From an uncultured Salinisphaerales bacterium (GTDB lineage Bacteria > Pseudomonadota > Gammaproteobacteria > Nevskiales > CAZYIP01), in contig CAZYIP010000001.1 of the NCBI GenBank assembly GCA_964646895.1, forward strand, positions 1 to 60,574: a stretch of 60,574 bases of DNA, read 5' to 3'. Of the stretch, positions 21,124 to 30,446 are shown one piece after another. Each line of letters begins with the position of its first letter. Within the stretch, counting starts at the first letter, position 1. The notes under the pieces were generated by a model that worked only from the letters and a program-made list of their open reading frames with translations, had not been told where the DNA came from and ran no database searches. The position numbers and the translations under genes were made by a program.

Positions 21124-21399
21124 ATGCAGTGGATGCTCTGGACTCTGCCGACGGCTCTGTTTTTCGTGTCCATCGGCGTTTTACTGATTGCCATGACGGT
21201 CTGGGAAATCCTTCAGCCGAGCGTCGAGCGCCGCGGCTGGATTATTCCCATGACAACCACCCGGGGCGATCGGCTGTTTATTGCGTTGCTCGCGTCAGCC
21301 TATATCTGCGCTTTCTGGGTCGCCGTGGTTGCCGCCAGCATGTGGTGGATGGTCGTCATCACCGTCCTTCTGATCGTCGTTCTGCTGCGCTGGGGGTGA
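21124..21399 (+). CDS. Small integral membrane protein (DUF2160-like) of glycerol ABC transporter loci
   Basis: 91 aa with three hydrophobic helices. It occupies the same position as the DUF2160 gene in rhizobial glpSTPQUV loci. Confidence 0.6.
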   Translation: MQWMLWTLPTALFFVSIGVLLIAMTVWEILQPSVERRGWIIPMTTTRGDRLFIALLASAYICAFWVAVVAASMWWMVVITVLLIVVLLRWG

Positions 21400-21470
21400 T
21401 GGCCACGCAACTGTCTTGCTGATGAAAAGCTTCATCAGTGCTGTCCGCGATGGGAAGAGGAGTGATAGAG

Positions 21471-23393
21471 ATGAGTGATACAGAAAACGAACCAGAAGAA
21501 GGCGAGGGCGAAACCTCGGAGACCGGTTTCAATATCAGACGGCGGAATTTCCTGCGGGCCGGCGTTACTGCCGCGGCATCCGTCGGTGTCGCCTCCGTGA
21601 TCAGGCCAACCGGCGCCTTCGCCGCGTCCGGCTCGGCCAGCGAGAAGCTGCCGCCGCTGGGCCAGATTCCCGAATACAAGGACTACGGCAAGGGCAAGAG
21701 CGGCATGGACGCGGCCAAGCTGTGGGTGGAGAACTTCTTTCAGCCGTCGACCCTGACCAGGGACGAGCAGATGGCGGAAATGAAGTTCCTGCATGATGCC
21801 GCCAAGCCGTATCAGGGGCTGAGCGTCAATGTCGCCTGTGAAACGACCGGCAACCATCGTTTCGAAGCCAACATTCTGTCCAAGGCCTTCGAGCAGATTA
21901 CCGGCATTCACGTCAACCACGACCTCATGGACGAGGGCGAAGTCGTTAACAAGCTGGCGACGGAAATGGCCACCGGCCGCGACGTGTACGACATTTTCAT
22001 GAACGATTCGGACTTCATCGGCACTCACCCGCGCATGCAGGACCTGATCCCGGTGTCCGACTACATCACCGGCGATGGCAAGGATGTCACCCTGCCGCAT
22101 CTCGATGTCGACGACTTCATCGGCAAGAGCTTTGTGACCTGGCCGCTGGACGGCAAGATGTACCAGATCCCCGACGGTCAGTTCGCGAATCTGTACTGGT
22201 ACCGCAAGGACTGGTTCGATCGACCGGAACTGAAAAAACGGTTCAAGGACAAATACGGCTATGAACTCGATGTGCCGGTCAACTGGTCTGCCTACGAGGA
22301 CATTGCCGAGTTCTTCACCAACGACGTCAAGCATCTTGACGGCAAGCGCATCTACGGCCACATGGACTACGGCAAGAAGTCGCCGTCGCTGGGCTGGCGA
22401 ATTCACGACTCATGGTTGTCGATGGCCGGCTGCAGCGACAAGGGCGTTCCGTTCGGTCATCCGGTCGACGACTGGGGCATTCGCGTCAACAACTACAAGG
22501 ACCTCAATCCGGTTGGCGCCAGCGTCGAGCGCGGCGGCGCCACCAACAGCCCGGCCGCGGTCTATGCCATCACCAAGTACGCGGAGTGGCTCAAGAAGTA
22601 CGCACCGCCGGAGGCCGCGGGCATGACGTTTACCGAAGCGGGGCCGGTGCCGGCGCAGGGCCACATTGCCCAGCAGATCTTCTGGTACACCGCCTTCGCT
22701 TCGAGCATGACGGCGCCCGGCCTGCCGGTGGTCAACGATGACGGCACGCCCAAATGGCGCATGGCGCCATCACCGCACGGCGCGTATTGGGAGCCGGGCA
22801 TGAAGCTTGGTTATCAGGATTGCGGCTCATGGACGATGCCCAAGTACACACCGGCGGACAAACGCGCCGCAACCTGGCTGTATGCCCAGTTCTGCATCTG
22901 CAAAACGATCTCTCTGCGCAAGACGCTGGCGGGGCTGACACCGTTCCGCGCCTCGGACATCCACTCCAAACCGATGGGAGAAGCCGCGCCGTATCTCGGC
23001 GGACTGGTGGAGTTCTACCGCAGCCCGGCGATGAAATACTGGACCCCGACCGGCGTCAACGTGCCCGCGTACGCCCGGATGACCACCTCCTGGTGGAAGA
23101 ACATCGCCCGGATCAACAGCGGCGAACTCACGCCCCAGCAGGGCATGGACGCGGTTGCCGAAGGCCTGGACGACGTGATGCACAAAATCCAGCTTGCCAA
23201 GCTGCAGAAGGTCGCGCCGCCCAAGCTCAACCCGAAGAAGAGCAAGGACTACTGGCTCAAGCAGCCGGGCTCGCCGAAGCCGAAGCTGGACAACGAAAAT
23301 CCGCCGGGGAGAACACTACCCTACGAACAGTTGCTCAACGCATTCAACAATCCGGAATCGTTGGGCAGGCAGAACTCCGGCAGTTCGAGCTAA
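21471..23393 (+). CDS. Extracellular solute-binding protein with Tat signal (GlpV-like)
   Basis: Twin-arginine motif 'RRRNFLRAGVTAAAS'. Large family-1 SBP. Last gene of the ABC operon. ATG 21471 follows a GGAAGAGGAG Shine-Dalgarno sequence. Confidence 0.8.
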   Translation: MSDTENEPEEGEGETSETGFNIRRRNFLRAGVTAAASVGVASVIRPTGAFAASGSASEKLPPLGQIPEYKDYGKGKSGMDAAKLWVENFFQPSTLTRDEQMAEMKFLHDAAKPYQGLSVNVACETTGNHRFEANILSKAFEQITGIHVNHDLMDEGEVVNKLATEMATGRDVYDIFMNDSDFIGTHPRMQDLIPVSDYITGDGKDVTLPHLDVDDFIGKSFVTWPLDGKMYQIPDGQFANLYWYRKDWFDRPELKKRFKDKYGYELDVPVNWSAYEDIAEFFTNDVKHLDGKRIYGHMDYGKKSPSLGWRIHDSWLSMAGCSDKGVPFGHPVDDWGIRVNNYKDLNPVGASVERGGATNSPAAVYAITKYAEWLKKYAPPEAAGMTFTEAGPVPAQGHIAQQIFWYTAFASSMTAPGLPVVNDDGTPKWRMAPSPHGAYWEPGMKLGYQDCGSWTMPKYTPADKRAATWLYAQFCICKTISLRKTLAGLTPFRASDIHSKPMGEAAPYLGGLVEFYRSPAMKYWTPTGVNVPAYARMTTSWWKNIARINSGELTPQQGMDAVAEGLDDVMHKIQLAKLQKVAPPKLNPKKSKDYWLKQPGSPKPKLDNENPPGRTLPYEQLLNAFNNPESLGRQNSGSSS

Positions 23394-23404
23394 GCCGTGC
23401 AATC

Positions 23405-23440
23405 AGCGGTTCGGCGCCTGGCGTCGGACCGCTTTCCGTC
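23405..23440 (+). terminator. Probable intrinsic terminator of the glycerol ABC operon
   Basis: ~12-bp G/C-rich stem AGCGGTTCGGCG...CGTCGGACCGCT followed by TTCCGTCT, starting 12 nt after the SBP stop. Confidence 0.5.
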
Positions 23441-23564
23441 TGGCCTGTTCACGATGGCCGGCGCGCTCGTGATGTTTACCCGAAAGGTCTGCCGGGTTTA
23501 GGATTGGGCTGACCTGCCGATCGGTTTCGCGATGCGGCGGGATCGGTTTTCCGAGGTCCACACC

Positions 23565-24227
23565 ATGGCGCAAAAGCCGCCCGACAAAGAAGCGCTGGCG
23601 CTGCACGTCGGGCATTTTTTCGCCACACCCGTGGCGGCAACGATGCTCCCCGACGCCGAGGCCCGCAACGCGGAACTCAAGGAGCGCATTTTCGCCGAAC
23701 GCGAGCGTGAGGCGTCGATCACGGCATCCAACCTGGGCGGTTGGCACTCCGGGCGGCCGCCGAGCCAGTGGGGCGGGCCGCGCATTGACGAAATCATTGC
23801 CGCAGCAAAGCATGTCGCCGCGCAAATCACCTTTGACCGCTCGGGCCAGCCCGCGCATCCGAAGTGGGCGGTCCGGGCATGGGCGAACGTCAACGAATAC
23901 GGACACGCCAACGCCTTTCATTATCATCCGGGGGCGTACTGGTCCGCCACCTATTACGTCGACGACGGCGGCCGCCTGACCGATGAATCGCTGGGCGGCG
24001 AATTCGAAATCATGGATCCGCGCGGTCCCGGCGTCGCGATGTATGCGCCATCGCTCGTCTTCTCCGACGGCGGCCAGAACACCGGCGGCACCACCGTGCA
24101 GTTCACGCCGCGCCCGGGGCTGCTGATGTTGTTTCCTGCCTGGTTGCAGCACCAGGTCCGTCCGTATCTCGGGCCGACGCAACGGATATCCATCGCCCTC
24201 AACCTGAGCCTGGATCATCGAACCTGA
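23565..24227 (+). CDS. 2OG-Fe(II)-oxygenase-like protein (TIGR02466/2OG-FeII_Oxy_5-like)
   Basis: 'WANVNEYGHANAFHYHPGAYWSATYYV' and 'LLMLFPAWLQHQVRPY' resemble the HxD...H cupin/2OG fold of that family. Assigned from memory, not by search. Confidence 0.55.
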   Translation: MAQKPPDKEALALHVGHFFATPVAATMLPDAEARNAELKERIFAEREREASITASNLGGWHSGRPPSQWGGPRIDEIIAAAKHVAAQITFDRSGQPAHPKWAVRAWANVNEYGHANAFHYHPGAYWSATYYVDDGGRLTDESLGGEFEIMDPRGPGVAMYAPSLVFSDGGQNTGGTTVQFTPRPGLLMLFPAWLQHQVRPYLGPTQRISIALNLSLDHRT

Positions 24228-24244
24228 CTCACGGGAGCGAATGA

Positions 24245-25009
24245 ATGCACGTAATCTTTCGCTGCGATCCCCGTCTCGCCGATCACCTGCCGCGGCCGCA
24301 GCCGGCGCGTGCGGTGCTGCCCGAGTGGCTGCGAAAAATGCCGAGCAGGGCATATTCCGACATGCATGGTACCGACGTTCGTACCGTCAAGCAGTGCCCG
24401 CCGTTCGTCGACGCCATGACCCACGGATTCGTCCTTACGCTCCCGTGCGACGTCAGGGTCGAGGAGGGCGTGTTTTCCTGGGACTGGCCGGTACCGGATC
24501 CCGCCGCCCACATGCATCCGCGGGCGCCCCTGAGTTTTCATGTGCCGGCGCAGGTCAGCGGCACGCCGTTTCATGCCGGCGATCGCGTCATCGTGAAATT
24601 CAACAGCTTCTGGACCGTCGAGCTCCCCGAGGGCTGGTCGCTGTTCGCGATGCCGCTGGTCAATCGCAGTGATCTGCCGTTTCGCGCCTTGTGCGGTCTG
24701 GTGGACGCCGATCGGTACCACGACGTGGGCATTCTTTTTCCGGCCCTGTGGACACAACCGGACTTCGAGGGTGTGCTGGCGCGCGGCACGCCGTTCGTGC
24801 AGTGTTTCCCGGTGCCGAGAGCCCCGCTGGAATACAGTTTCGATGTCTTCGATGATGCGGAAACCACCGCATACGATGCACTCGGTCAGCGGCTCCTCGA
24901 TGGACCGGGAGTCTATCGCAAGCAATACCGCGCGCCGCGTTCACGTCCGACAATCCAGGGTACGCCTCAGCGCAGCGGGATCAAGCCAGAGACGTCCGGT
25001 CGCGGCTGA
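24245..25009 (+). CDS. Conserved hypothetical protein (function unknown)
   Basis: ATG preceded by GGGAG, 17 nt after the upstream stop. Coding-like composition. No recognisable catalytic motif. Confidence 0.5.
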   Translation: MHVIFRCDPRLADHLPRPQPARAVLPEWLRKMPSRAYSDMHGTDVRTVKQCPPFVDAMTHGFVLTLPCDVRVEEGVFSWDWPVPDPAAHMHPRAPLSFHVPAQVSGTPFHAGDRVIVKFNSFWTVELPEGWSLFAMPLVNRSDLPFRALCGLVDADRYHDVGILFPALWTQPDFEGVLARGTPFVQCFPVPRAPLEYSFDVFDDAETTAYDALGQRLLDGPGVYRKQYRAPRSRPTIQGTPQRSGIKPETSGRG

Positions 25010-25681
25010 GGATAGCGCGTGGGCGACGCGGCTGAAACACGCCGGGCGCAGCCGCACGGCACATGCGTAGGCGTCCAGAGCAGCCTCCATGGCACCGGAC
25101 GCCTGCAGGCTGATACCCAGATTGAGCGCGGCCTCGAACAGGTCGGGGCGAATCGCCAGCGCCGATCGATAGGCCGCGGCCGCCTCGTCCGGGCGCCGCA
25201 GATCCTGCTCGACCAGGCCGAGATGAAACCAGGCTTCGGCAAGGTCCGGAGCCCGTTCGACTGCCTCACGCAAGGATTTTCGGGCCGCTTCGAGGGCGCC
25301 CGCGTGATAGCAGGCGCGCCCCTGCCTGTGGGCGAGTCGCGCGTCGGCCGGCCAGCGCTCGCGGATGGCGGCCAGCCAATCGGCAGCCTTGCAGGCATCG
25401 CCGCAAGCGATCATCAGGTCGGCTTTTTCGAGGGCCGCTTCAACCGGTGCCGAAGCCGCTGCCAGCGCCTGATCGAACGCGACCAGGGCTGCCTTCGGCT
25501 GGTCAAGATCCCTCAACGTCCGCGCAAGTGCCAGCCAGCCGATCGCATACTGCGGATATCGCTGCAGTTGCGGCAGCAGGTCGTTGGCGCGTGAATCACC
25601 GCAGCGTAACAAGTTGCAAGCGGAACTGAACAGTCCCGCCGGACCGCCTGTGGCACCGGACATTCGCCGCTCTCCAGTCAT
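24941..25681 (-). CDS. Tetratricopeptide-repeat (TPR) protein
   Basis: Repeated A/L-rich 34-aa units (e.g. 'AEAWFHLGLVEQDLRRPDEAAAAYRSALAIRPD'). Convergently overlaps the preceding gene by 69 nt. Confidence 0.7.
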   Translation of the reverse strand: MTGERRMSGATGGPAGLFSSACNLLRCGDSRANDLLPQLQRYPQYAIGWLALARTLRDLDQPKAALVAFDQALAAASAPVEAALEKADLMIACGDACKAADWLAAIRERWPADARLAHRQGRACYHAGALEAARKSLREAVERAPDLAEAWFHLGLVEQDLRRPDEAAAAYRSALAIRPDLFEAALNLGISLQASGAMEAALDAYACAVRLRPACFSRVAHALSSAATGRLWLDPAALRRTLDCRT

Positions 25682-25743
25682 CGCGCAATATCATCCGTAC
25701 ACGAACAGTATCTTGAGAACGAATCGCGCGAAAGGTAAGCTGA

Positions 25744-25757
25744 GCCGCAATTGCGGC
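25744..25757. promoter_or_regulatory. 14-bp perfect palindrome GCCGCAATTGCGGC in the TPR/XRE divergent intergenic region (candidate operator)
   Basis: Read directly from the sequence. Centred ~24 nt upstream of the XRE-type gene ATG (25775). Confidence 0.5.
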
Positions 25758-25774
25758 AGGGAAGGGGGATTGCA

Positions 25775-26179
25775 ATGCGCGCATACGCTAATGAACAAAC
25801 ATGGCAATACCTGCAACGGGCGTTCGAATATCACTGCGCGAAAACTGGTGAAACCATGGAAACGGTTGCAGCGCGGGCCGGCTTTTCGGCGGATTATCTC
25901 GCTTCTCTGGCACGGGCCGGCGGATCGAATATCGGGTTGTCGGAAATCATGCCGCTGTGCGAAGCGGTCCCGGCGCTATTGCCGCATGAACTGCTCTATC
26001 TGCGCCTGCGCGAGCAGGACGACGAAGAGCTGCTGCGCCCCCGTGATCTCAACGCCATGCGTCGTGAGTTTGCCGAGCGCAGGCGTGCCGGCGCCCTGCA
26101 GCGCGGTGAAAACACCAGCTATCCCGATTGGCTGCGTCGACGCCGGGAAAGCGCTCGGCGTGAGAGCGACCCGGCCTGA
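25775..26179 (+). CDS. Small XRE/Cro-type helix-turn-helix protein (putative transcription regulator)
   Basis: 'METVAARAGFSADYLASLARAGGSNIGLSEI' matches the XRE HTH pattern. ATG 25775 is preceded by GGGAAGGGGGA. A 14-bp palindrome lies 18 nt upstream. Confidence 0.55.
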   Translation: MRAYANEQTWQYLQRAFEYHCAKTGETMETVAARAGFSADYLASLARAGGSNIGLSEIMPLCEAVPALLPHELLYLRLREQDDEELLRPRDLNAMRREFAERRRAGALQRGENTSYPDWLRRRRESARRESDPA

Positions 26180-26249
26180 TCCTGAACCCGACAACAGGCT
26201 CCTGAACCCCGCTATCCGACTCCGGCCGTGTTGGCCCACGCCCCTTGCC

Positions 26250-26330
26250 CGCACCCTCCGAAGGAGGGAATCTTCTCCCTGTGCGCGGATTGACACCATA
26301 GTCTCTCTCCCTCGTCCGCGAAGGGTATTT
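26250..26330. repeat. GC-rich short hairpins of the same 'CCCTCC...GGAGGG' style
   Basis: CCCTCC-GAA-GGAGGG at 26254-26268 and a weaker CCCT-N9-AGGG at 26309-26325, in a non-coding stretch downstream of the XRE-type gene. Confidence 0.3.
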
Positions 26331-26481
26331 CAAGGAAAATTCAGGTCTTCCAGGCTACTGTAATTCAAGAAAAAATTAAATAGGCCTGCGACTGTTTGTC
26401 GCACTCTCTTGCTGCGGCGCACAACAGCCCTTAGATTACGCATCACACAAACGCGAAACCGATAACTTGCGGGTAACTGAC

Positions 26482-26643
26482 ATGTCCAGAAACAAGCGCC
26501 TCACCCTCACTCTCCGTAAAGATATTGACAGTGCCCGCTCGCGTTCACGCCTGCGTCGCCGGCAGCGTTCCCTGGCGCGTTTCGCGCAGTGCGAGCGCAA
26601 CCCTGATGTCATATTTCTGCCGCACGGCCTGAACTTCAAGTAA
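26482..26643 (+). CDS. Possible small basic protein (53 aa), unknown function
   Basis: ORF below the track threshold, read by hand: MSRNKRLTLTLRKDIDSARSRSRLRRRQRSLARFAQCERNPDVIFLPHGLNFK. AT-rich upstream region. A hairpin follows it. Confidence 0.2.
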   Translation: MSRNKRLTLTLRKDIDSARSRSRLRRRQRSLARFAQCERNPDVIFLPHGLNFK

Positions 26644-26664
26644 GCGCAGCGGCTGAAAGCCACA

Positions 26665-26700
26665 GGGGGCCAGAGGGATGCCAGCGGTTCGTCGGCCCCC
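26665..26700. terminator. Possible bidirectional hairpin between the small ORF and the cysteine synthase gene
   Basis: GGGGGCC-N22-GGCCCCC. The large loop makes this weak. Confidence 0.25.
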
Positions 26701-26710
26701 GCACCAGTCC

Positions 26711-27709
26711 CTATAGCCAATCCGGCACCGGCAGGCCTTTTTGACGCAAAAAGTCCGGATTGAACAAACGCTGGCGATAACGTACTCCGCTGTCGCATAG
26801 CATGGTAACGATCGTGCGCCCCGGTCCCATCTGTCGCGCCAGGCGGATGGCGCCGGCTACGTTCACGCCGCTGGAGCCGCCGAGGCAGAATCCTTCTTCC
26901 TTCAGCAGGTCGAACACGATGGGCAGGGATTCGCTATCCGGAATCTGAAACGCCTCGTCCACCGGCGCTCCCTCCAGATTGCGGGTAATGCGGCTGTTGC
27001 CGATACCTTCCGAGATGGAGCCGCCCTCGATGATGGGTTCGCTGCCACCCAACTGGCCGTAGAGACCGGAACCGACCGGATCGGCGAGGGCGATCGTGAC
27101 CGCGGGTTCGCGCTCCTTCAACGCCATGGCAACGCCGGCCAGGGTACCACCGGTACCGGCAGCGCACACGAAGCCATCGATCCGCCCGGCGGTCTGCTCC
27201 CAGATCTCGGCGCCGGTGGTCTCGTAGTGGATACGCCGGTTGGCCACGTTGTCGAACTGATTGGCCCATATCACGCCGTGCTCTTCCGTCGCGGCGAGTT
27301 CCTGCGCCAGATGCTCGGAGATGTGCACATAATTCTTCGGGTTGCTGTAGGGTACCGCGGGTACCGTGCGCACCTCGGCGCCGCACAGCCGCAGCATGTC
27401 GATTTTTTCCTGACTCTGGGTCTCCGGTACGACGATGATCGTGCGGTAACCGCGGGTATTTCCAACCAGCGTCAGGCCGATTCCGGTGTTGCCGGCCGAC
27501 CCCTCCACCACCAGACCACCGGGCTCCAGGGCGCCCCGTGCCTCGGCGTCGAGGATGATGCCGAGGGCGGCGCGGTCCTTGACCGACCCGCCGGGATTGG
27601 CAAATTCGGCCTTGCCCAGAATATCGCAGCCGGTGGCCTCGGATGCGCCGCGTAAGCGGATAAGAGGCGTATTGCCGATAGTGCCGAGAAATCCGTCGCG
27701 TATGTCCAT
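26711..27709 (-). CDS. PLP-dependent cysteine synthase / cystathionine beta-synthase family enzyme
   Basis: 'GNTPLIRL', 'KAEFANPGGSVKDRAA' (PLP lysine) and 'GTGGTLAGV'. ATG at 27709 (MDIRDG...). The tracked ORF extends to 27928. Confidence 0.85.
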   Translation of the reverse strand: MDIRDGFLGTIGNTPLIRLRGASEATGCDILGKAEFANPGGSVKDRAALGIILDAEARGALEPGGLVVEGSAGNTGIGLTLVGNTRGYRTIIVVPETQSQEKIDMLRLCGAEVRTVPAVPYSNPKNYVHISEHLAQELAATEEHGVIWANQFDNVANRRIHYETTGAEIWEQTAGRIDGFVCAAGTGGTLAGVAMALKEREPAVTIALADPVGSGLYGQLGGSEPIIEGGSISEGIGNSRITRNLEGAPVDEAFQIPDSESLPIVFDLLKEEGFCLGGSSGVNVAGAIRLARQMGPGRTIVTMLCDSGVRYRQRLFNPDFLRQKGLPVPDWL

Positions 27710-27853
27710 GCTCTGTCTCCGCTGAACCTGTCCTGAAAATGGTAGCGTGTCGTGACCACTGCGTGGCTGTTTTCCGCATCGGGCAACGGCCACGCCAGCG
27801 TATACTTTACCGCTGATTGGACCAATATCGATAAATGAAGAGGGCTTGTCCGC

Positions 27854-29092
27854 GTGATTACCATCGATGACGTACGCCTCGCGGCGGAAACCATTCGTGG
27901 CGGCGTTGTCCGCACCCGCTGCGTGCATTCACGGACGCTGTCGGAATTATGCGGCGCGCAGATTTACATCAAATATGAAAATCACCAGTTTACGGCGTCT
28001 TTCAAGGAACGCGGGGCGCTTAACAAATTAATCAGTCTCAGCGAGGCAGAGCGGGCGCGCGGCGTGGTGGCCATGTCAGCGGGCAATCATGCGCAGGCAG
28101 TGGCACGACACGCCCGGGCGCTCGACATACCGGCGACGATCGTCATGCCCCGCCACACGCCCCATGTAAAGGTACGCAACACAGCCGCCTTCGGCGCCCG
28201 CATCATCCTCGAAGGCGAAACAGTCAGCGAAGCAGGCGAGAGCGCGGCGCGCCTGGCGGAAAGTCATGGCTACTGCTTCATTCACCCATATGACGACGAG
28301 CGCATCATGGCCGGGCAGGGCACGATCGGTATCGAGATGCTGGAGGAGTGCCCGTTCCTCGATCAGATCATCGTGCCGATCGGTGGCGGCGGTCTCATTT
28401 CCGGAATAGCCGTTGCAGCCAGAGCGCTCAAGCCGGACGTCCAGGTAATCGGCGTTCAGACTACGCGCTTCCCTGCCATGCGTCAGGCACTTGCGGGCGA
28501 GCCGGCGTGCTTCGGCAACTCCACCATTGCCGAGGGTATCGCCGTCAAGCAGCCAGGGCGGCTGACGCAGGCGATCGTGCGTGAACAGGTGAACGACATC
28601 GTGCTGGTGGACGAACCGGAGATCGAACGCGCCATTCTCCTGTTGCTGGAAATCGAGAAAACGGTTGCCGAGGGTGCCGGCGCGGCAGCGCTGGCTGCGG
28701 TGCTGAGGGCGCCGGATCGGTTTCAGGGCCAGCGCGTGGGCATCGTCCTGTCGGGCGGCAATATCGACCTGCTGCCACTTTCGGCCGTCATCGAACGTGG
28801 CCTTGTCCGCACGCAGCGCGTGCTGCGGGTACGCGTGGGCATCCCGGACATTCCCGGAGCGCTGGCCGACCTTACCCGATTGCTGGCGGATCACAATGCC
28901 AATGTCGTTCAAATCGCCCACCAGCGCGCCTTCACGGATCTGTCCATTCGCTCGGTGGAGGTGGAAGCCGTACTGGAAACACTGGGCGGAGATCATATCC
29001 GGGAGGTGATCCAGGCTCTGAGCGACAACGGCTACGATGCCGTCGTCACCGACGGCGCACCGCACCCCGATGAACGTAATGTCAGAGTATAA
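27854..29092 (+). CDS. Threonine ammonia-lyase (threonine dehydratase), short form with one C-terminal ACT-like domain
   Basis: 'HQFTASFKERGALNK' PLP-lysine motif. 'PIGGGGLISG'. ~410 aa. GTG start. Confidence 0.85.
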   Translation: MITIDDVRLAAETIRGGVVRTRCVHSRTLSELCGAQIYIKYENHQFTASFKERGALNKLISLSEAERARGVVAMSAGNHAQAVARHARALDIPATIVMPRHTPHVKVRNTAAFGARIILEGETVSEAGESAARLAESHGYCFIHPYDDERIMAGQGTIGIEMLEECPFLDQIIVPIGGGGLISGIAVAARALKPDVQVIGVQTTRFPAMRQALAGEPACFGNSTIAEGIAVKQPGRLTQAIVREQVNDIVLVDEPEIERAILLLLEIEKTVAEGAGAAALAAVLRAPDRFQGQRVGIVLSGGNIDLLPLSAVIERGLVRTQRVLRVRVGIPDIPGALADLTRLLADHNANVVQIAHQRAFTDLSIRSVEVEAVLETLGGDHIREVIQALSDNGYDAVVTDGAPHPDERNVRV

Positions 29093-29589
29093 TATTGCGC
29101 ATAACATAGGTTATGTTAAATAATATTCGTCTGACAATAATCTCAAACCTGTTGCGACCATTACCTCAAGGGTTTCCCCTCACCCGGTTATTCAATACGC
29201 CGTTAAGGCAGGTCACCTAATCGACGGTGACCGGGTGCTCCCGGATCAGGGAAGGAATGCCAGTCGGGTTTCAACATGCAGAATGTCAATAAAAGCCGGT
29301 TTCCGATAAACCGGATGGCATCGGAAACCAGCTTTTATCTGCCTGACCAGCAACGGGTGAATGCGCCTGGTATCTCGTTCCGCATTCCCGCACAAGAAAC
29401 CGGCAAAGACCTGTTGGATATGCCACACCGGCGATACCTGTATCCGGTCCGATCAGGTGTCAGCAGATGTCTGACATTCAATCGCCCGGTATTCAGATCT
29501 TCGCCGGTGTGGCAACGCTATTGATCAGCGAATCCCCAACAAACAGCCAGCTCGTTGGGTCGTATCTTCGGCGACGGGAAGAACACGGT

Positions 29590-29991
29590 TCAGACGCGGA
29601 AATCGTCCAGGGTCTTGCCCTTGTCCAGTGCTTCCTTTAGCCAGTTGGGCGGACGGCCCGTTCCGGCCCATGTTTTGGACGGGTCTTTCGGATCACGAAA
29701 CCGAACTGTCTTGCCGGCGCCGGATTTGGACGAGCCCGCCCGGCGGCCCGTCGTACCGGACAGTTTGACACGCATGTTGGCAGCGATCGCATTCAGCACA
29801 TCGGTGCGCTTGACCTTCATTTCGTCCGCCACCTGCCGAATGTCATTGGCAATACGGACAACGTTCTCATCCGATGATTTCACCGTTTTCCGGCTTGCCT
29901 CCTTCTCAATGCGGCGCATCTGCCGTGTTGCCTGCCTTACGATCTTCCTCAGCTCGGCTTTGTTCAGTTCCTTAACATTGATGTCGTTCAT
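29590..29991 (-). CDS. H-NS-family nucleoid-associated DNA-binding protein
   Basis: N-terminal coiled-coil region. C-terminal 'TWAGTGRPPNWLKEAL' matches the H-NS 'TWxGRGRxPxW' DNA-binding motif. ATG 29991 (MNDINVK...). Embedded in AT-rich DNA. Confidence 0.75.
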   Translation of the reverse strand: MNDINVKELNKAELRKIVRQATRQMRRIEKEASRKTVKSSDENVVRIANDIRQVADEMKVKRTDVLNAIAANMRVKLSGTTGRRAGSSKSGAGKTVRFRDPKDPSKTWAGTGRPPNWLKEALDKGKTLDDFRV

Positions 29992-30446
29992 ACGCACTTT
30001 GCTTCCAATGATTTGTAGAGGTAGAGAGTCAGGATGTATCAACCACTATACAATAGCACATCATTTTGTACGCGCGGAGATTAACATACCTGCGATTATG
30101 CTAAAAGGGGTTATCGCCATTCTCAATCCGCAAATGGCCAACCTTTCGCCATGGTAACGCGGCTTCAAAAGGCGCCTTTCGCTATCGATGATCCACATTG
30201 CACAGAAGACACGATTTAGCGCTCGCGGTTCAATCTCCTGACGGGAAAAGGCAGGACGAAAGCTCTTTCAAACCACCTGCGCCCGGAAACGAGATCAATG
30301 GCCATTGCCACGCCGCTCGGGATTCCATTCGCCACGCCCGTCGGCTGCGTCTGACCCGACAGGCCGGTATCGGGCATACTGTTATCGGCGTGCGCTCCGC
30401 GCGGGGCCGGTGAATACAGGCAAACAGGGATAGTTGGCTCATAACC

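Noticed and set aside
19394-21422. Alternative-frame ORFs 19394-20251(+) and 20490-21422(+) overlapping the two ABC permease genes.
   Set aside because: Their products are Arg/Gly/His-rich and non-membrane-like, whereas the chosen frames give canonical six-TM permeases with EAA loops.
29246-29524. Small ORFs (60 and 82 aa) in the AT-rich region downstream of hns.
   Set aside because: No RBS, no recognisable motifs, and the two overlap each other on opposite strands. The region is more likely regulatory or non-coding.
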